In this document: in pieces, positions 60,281-64,000 of the stretch
Layout: each line of letters begins with the position of its first letter
Position numbering within the stretch: position 1 is the first letter of the stretch
Assembly (NCBI GenBank): GCA_054600435.1
Contig: BAAIJX010000034.1
Location: forward strand, 62,001-126,000
From: Neophaeotheca triangularis
Lineage: Eukaryota
Direction: 5' to 3'
DNA: 64,000 nt
Made by a program: the position numbers and the translations under genes
The notes under the pieces: model-generated
The model's input: the letters and a program-made list of their open reading frames with translations, nothing else
What the model was told of the DNA's origin: nothing
The model's database searches: none

Positions 60281-60523
60281 GGCCTCACGGTCAAGTGGTC
60301 AATTTGGGAGTTCGTTTCGCTCGCCGAGGGTCATGGGTCTTTAGCTACTTCGGGCACACAAAGCTAAAGTTGTGCGTTCGAGCCGCAGCGCGCGCAATAC
60401 CTTCAATGGTTCTGAGAAGCTAGAGTCCATTGGGGGACTTTAGTGGGATTGGGGTCGTGCTGCGCTTTCTTCGCAGTCGGGTCTCGGCATTGGAGGGTCG
60501 TCTACTGACGGCTATAGCTTTTT
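60281..60523 (+). ncRNA. Candidate RNA polymerase III-transcribed structured ncRNA of unknown class
   Basis: TATAAATA at 60251-60258, A-box-like CGGTCAAGTGG at 60288-60298, B-box GTTCGAGCC at 60376-60384, T5 runs at 60519-60523 and 60527-60531. Five nested helices, with the 5' end pairing to the 3' end. Confidence 0.6.
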
Positions 60524-60813
60524 GTATTTTTGTGGCCGGGTAATGCTTTATGGCCCTGTTTGTAGCTGTGTCTAGCTGTGCCTCTTTGATATCCTTTTGC
60601 TCGAGGTTCGATCATTGGGCGTGTATCCACCGTGAAGCCGGGGTCTTTTGTCGCCAAAATTCAGGGGTCGCAAGTAGTCGGCTCCGTGGTAACACTACTT
60701 TCGATCCGCTTTCGGTAACCCTGGGTACTCTCTTTGGAAATTCGAGCAGCGTTTTGGATATTTTCGGCTTATTTTGCTCTTCCATTGCTTGCCTGCATAA
60801 TGTTCCATCTCAA

Positions 60814-61887
60814 TTACTTCAAACATAAGAGCGCCCTCTCCCCAAAGCCCGCCTCGACGCTTCCCTCCTCAACAAGCATATCTCTAACCCACTGCCTCCC
60901 GACCTCTACACTCGGAGCACCAAACTTGACCACGACGCAACCCCTCAAACTCGCCGCAGTCCAGAGCACGCCCTCCTTCGCCTCCCACCTCTGCCTCTCA
61001 GTCCGCCACTTCTCCCGTGGCGAGGGAACAACCTCGAAATCATCCTCACCACTGCCACTACCCGAACGACTCGTACCACCAGACGCAAACCCCCTCCCAC
61101 CTAATCTAGGCAAAAGCTGAAACTCCCTCATGAAAAACTGCCCCAACAACTCGACCAACGGCCCATGCAAGATCAACGTCCCAAAAACCTCCAGCGAATA
61201 CATCCGGTCCGCCAACATCCCCTTGGGACCGTCCCTCGCATCAAGAGACACATTATCCCTCAGCAACAGCCTTCTCCCCCCACCACCTCCCCCTTCCGCA
61301 ACAACCCAAACCTCATTCAAACTCCCATACCGCCAAAACCCCCACTCCTCCCCCCTAGCTGCCCGCCCAGAAGAAACCCAGTCCAGCACACAAACACTCG
61401 CGCCCCCACCACCACCGCCACCAGCCACCACCGGGACTTCCCAAACCTGCCTCTGCTCAAACGAACTACACTCAAACGGCTGCACCGGATCCGGCAAATA
61501 GCAAACCCCGGCGCCCCTTTCCAGCCGCGTAGTCATAACCTGCCGGCTCAAAACTTCTGCATCGGCAGTCTTGAAAATTTTCGTCGAGCCCTGCGTCAGC
61601 AACACTAGCCGCGTAGAGCTCTCGAGGTGCAGGGATAGATTTAGCGTGTCTGAGGCTACGATGCCGCCGCCGTAGGTTAGGAGGTAGATTGTGTGGATTA
61701 GGGTTTTGGGCGCTGGTTCTTGGTCACGATTGGTGGAAGTCGTGAGGGCTGTGGGTGCGGGCGCGATCAGTTTGAGGGGGTATTGGTATTTGAGAGTTTT
61801 GAGGCGGGGGGTGTTGGGCGGAAGGAGGGCGAGGTGGATGGTTCCTTCGCCTGGGGTGATGGAGGGGACGCTGAAAGGGTTCGGCAT
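60814..61887 (-). CDS. ureD: Urease accessory protein UreD
   Basis: LKYQYPLKLIAP, YLLTYGGGIVASD, LLTQGSTKIFK, YLPDPVQPF..F.Q.Q and LDWVSSGRAARGEEW. Confidence 0.94.
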   Translation of the reverse strand: MPNPFSVPSITPGEGTIHLALLPPNTPRLKTLKYQYPLKLIAPAPTALTTSTNRDQEPAPKTLIHTIYLLTYGGGIVASDTLNLSLHLESSTRLVLLTQGSTKIFKTADAEVLSRQVMTTRLERGAGVCYLPDPVQPFECSSFEQRQVWEVPVVAGGGGGGGASVCVLDWVSSGRAARGEEWGFWRYGSLNEVWVVAEGGGGGGRRLLLRDNVSLDARDGPKGMLADRMYSLEVFGTLILHGPLVELLGQFFMREFQLLPRLGGRGFASGGTSRSGSGSGEDDFEVVPSPREKWRTERQRWEAKEGVLWTAASLRGCVVVKFGAPSVEVGRQWVRDMLVEEGSVEAGFGERALLCLK

Positions 61888-62980
61888 GATTTGGACAGTT
61901 CTGAGCTTTGCGCTTTATTCTGCGGATGGTGATTGTGGTGGTTGGCGGTTCCACATGGCCGATCCCGCTAGAGTTATCGCGCGTTTGCCTCAGTGGCGAT
62001 GGCCTTGCTCTTCGTCCTGGGTGTACGGTAGTTTTCCGAGTTTATTGCTCCAAGACCGAAACTCCCGCAGACGAACATGGGCCTCTGGAATCAATTCCTC
62101 AAGGCCTCGTCATCGACCACCCACGCCCGCCCAAGACTCGCGCAACCAAAACTATCTCTTCGCTCTGCGTGTCTACCAAGCGGAAAAAGCCTGCCTGCTG
62201 CCAACAAAGTCCAATTTCAAGTCCAGGTGACGAAGCATCCGACAAACCCGTTTTTCAAATCTGCTCGTCCGCAGTCCGATCTGATGATCCGAGTATTCTC
62301 GCAAAATTACAGAAGCAGAAGTGGACGTACTTAGATAAAATACAGAAGCAACCCTTCCCAAAGCGGAAGCCATGTCGTCTCATTTGGCTTTGGACTGAGT
62401 CTTGGCGCGTACTGCTACATCGGGACATCAGGACATCAAGCTACTCTACCTTGCTATATAAATCGAACGGTCTTAACAGCTACCACAGCATAGATATCTC
62501 GACGGGTATTCCTAGCCAGCTTACCTTATGCTGTTAAGGAAAGTGATTTACTGGTGTAGCAAGGTAATGGCAGTGGTAGCGGCAAATCACTCAAGCAAGA
62601 AGAAACATGCGGTAGTTGTCATAGTAAAGAGACCTTTTGCTTTTTCATACAGGTCGTGAATAGTAAAAGAATACACAGAAGCTAGCATCCGCGTGTCATG
62701 CCAAAGAAAGCAGCACCAGGTCTGGAGATTCTGTCGACGCTGGCCGTCCACCAGTACCCCTAGCCCGACGAAACCCTGCTGTACGGCCCTCTCTCTCTCT
62801 CTCTCTCTCCTCACGAAACAAGACGACAACCCAAAAACGCCGCGCCAGCTTGCATAACGCATCGAACCAAACCATCCAAGCCAAACCCGCGACACGCAAA
62901 AGCCACAGTGGCGGGAACCCACACTCAAACAAAACACCTCAAATCAGTCCCAACCCCCCTAACCCGATCAAACCCAAACC

Positions 62981-64000
62981 CTAATAAGTATCCCCGACTC
63001 CCTCCCCGCCGTCTCCCAGATCATCCGTCCAACCCCCCTCACTAACCTCCCCCTCTTCAACACTCCTCACCCTCTTTCCGCCACCCCCTTGACCCTCATA
63101 ACTCAGCCTTTTCCCAGCTTGCTTCAAACCGTCATAATATCTCCGCTGCGGCTCAACTTCGAGCACGGATTCCTCACCATCGGTGTACGTCTCCCAGTTC
63201 TCGCTGCTGCTGGCCGGGTACGAGGTATTGCTGGAAGTGTTTGAGATTTGTCGGTTGGTGCTCGAGGACGAGGGCGGCGCCATGGGGTATTTGGACTGGG
63301 AGGGCGCGTAGGAGGAGGCGGTTGTTGGGCGTGAAGAGGTCGTCGTCGTGGACTGGGAGGTTACCGAGTCTTGGGAGAGATTGGAACGAGCTGGATGGGG
63401 GCGGGAGGGTGGTGGGGGCATGGCGTTGAAGACGGTTTGCGCGAAGGGGTGGGTGTGCGGATTGTTGCGGTATTTGGGTTGTGAGTGAGGTGTTTCCGAG
63501 TAGGGGTCTTCGGACTCGGCGTGGCGAATTACGCTTACGGATCGCGAGGGGTCGGTTTCGAGGCTGTTTTCTTTGTAGAAGGGGTTGGGGGTTGGGGTTG
63601 GCGGGATGAAGAGGTCTTTCATTTTTGGTGGAGGTGCGATGGCGGCGTGTGGTCTGTTACTTCCTGGTGGCGCCATACGGCTTCCTCCGCGGATTGTGCT
63701 GTTGAGGTCCTGGCTGCGGGTCTTGCTGTGTTGCAGGGTGTTGGCACTGTAGTGGCCGGCGGCTGCGGTTTGTGGGCGGTGAATGGTACGTTCGGGGGAA
63801 TTGTTGCCGTCACGCAGGTTGCTCATCGGGAGGCGAGAAGCTGTTGGTAGTTTGGATGGGCTAGTTCGCCCGGCACTCGCTGCTGAGACGGATGAGCCCA
63901 TGACCGAGCTGGACATGGTGGATGCGGACATGGGTGGTCCACGCATGGTGTTGGCGGTGGGAGTCTTACTCCGTTGTGGTGGTGGAGGACCGCGCATTGT
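62981..64000 (-). CDS. 3' part of a gene continuing beyond the window; likely the disordered tail of the microtubule bundler Ase1/PRC1/MAP65
   Basis: Open frame to the window edge. S/P/T-rich tail with RSKTP, APPPKMKDLF, RQISNTSS and SSENWETYTD, which resemble filamentous-fungal Ase1 tails. The diagnostic domain lies outside the window. Confidence 0.55.
   Translation of the reverse strand, partial: TMRGPPPPQRSKTPTANTMRGPPMSASTMSSSVMGSSVSAASAGRTSPSKLPTASRLPMSNLRDGNNSPERTIHRPQTAAAGHYSANTLQHSKTRSQDLNSTIRGGSRMAPPGSNRPHAAIAPPPKMKDLFIPPTPTPNPFYKENSLETDPSRSVSVIRHAESEDPYSETPHSQPKYRNNPHTHPFAQTVFNAMPPPPSRPHPARSNLSQDSVTSQSTTTTSSRPTTASSYAPSQSKYPMAPPSSSSTNRQISNTSSNTSYPASSSENWETYTDGEESVLEVEPQRRYYDGLKQAGKRLSYEGQGGGGKRVRSVEEGEVSEGGWTDDLGDGGEGVGDTY

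Noticed and set aside
60275..60400. tRNA or U2 snRNA interpretation of the Pol III-like element
   Set aside because: There is no acceptor-stem pairing after the T-arm and no clear anticodon arm. The U2-like TTCGGCCT..TCAAGTG lacks the invariant GTAGTA branch-pairing sequence.
60400..60440. CTGAGAA as a possible TPP riboswitch core; GATAATACCA at about 43173
   Set aside because: The remaining aptamer consensus (ATAC..GAAC.TGATC..GATAAT.C..GCG) is absent at both sites, and there is no thiamine-related gene nearby.
45271..60531. Co-location of the TFIIIC subunit gene, cohesin SCC3 and a B-box-containing element as a functional cluster
   Set aside because: There is no evidence beyond proximity, and housekeeping-gene neighbourhoods like this arise by chance in compact fungal genomes.
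61908..62537. 209-aa plus-strand ORF upstream of ureD; also the short ORFs at 40233-41700
   Set aside because: Non-ATG or weak starts, no motifs and no coding-like composition. Treated as intergenic or UTR.

Overview
Gene-dense eukaryotic DNA from a filamentous ascomycete (Pezizomycotina; a Dothideomycete is my guess). Short GT-AG introns with CTAAC/CTGAC branch points are present throughout. The window holds about 22 intact protein-coding genes. Housekeeping genes include bystin/ENP1, ASH2/BRE2, TDP1, an F-box/RCC1 SAF1-like gene, an adjacent phosducin-like and G-protein beta pair, RPS29, APC13, a TigA/ERp38-type PDI, the TFIIIC B-block-binding subunit, cohesin SCC3, UreD and the 3' end of an Ase1/PRC1-like gene. 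Metabolic and accessory genes include two MFS transporters, a GST, a PgxC-like GH28 exo-polygalacturonase and a DUF3433 membrane protein. Four features are missing from the ORF track: a dispersed, divergent-looking 5S rRNA gene (25596-25714, minus); a decayed cutinase (CE5) pseudogene (about 5223-6015); an SDR broken by a single-base frameshift (about 26770); and, most interesting, an unassigned ~240-nt candidate RNA polymerase III transcript (about 60281-60523). That candidate has a TATA box, A and B boxes, a double T5 terminator and a nested rod-like fold, and it matches no ncRNA class I can recognise by eye. No transposon or CRISPR array was seen. All family calls come from motif recognition, not database searches.
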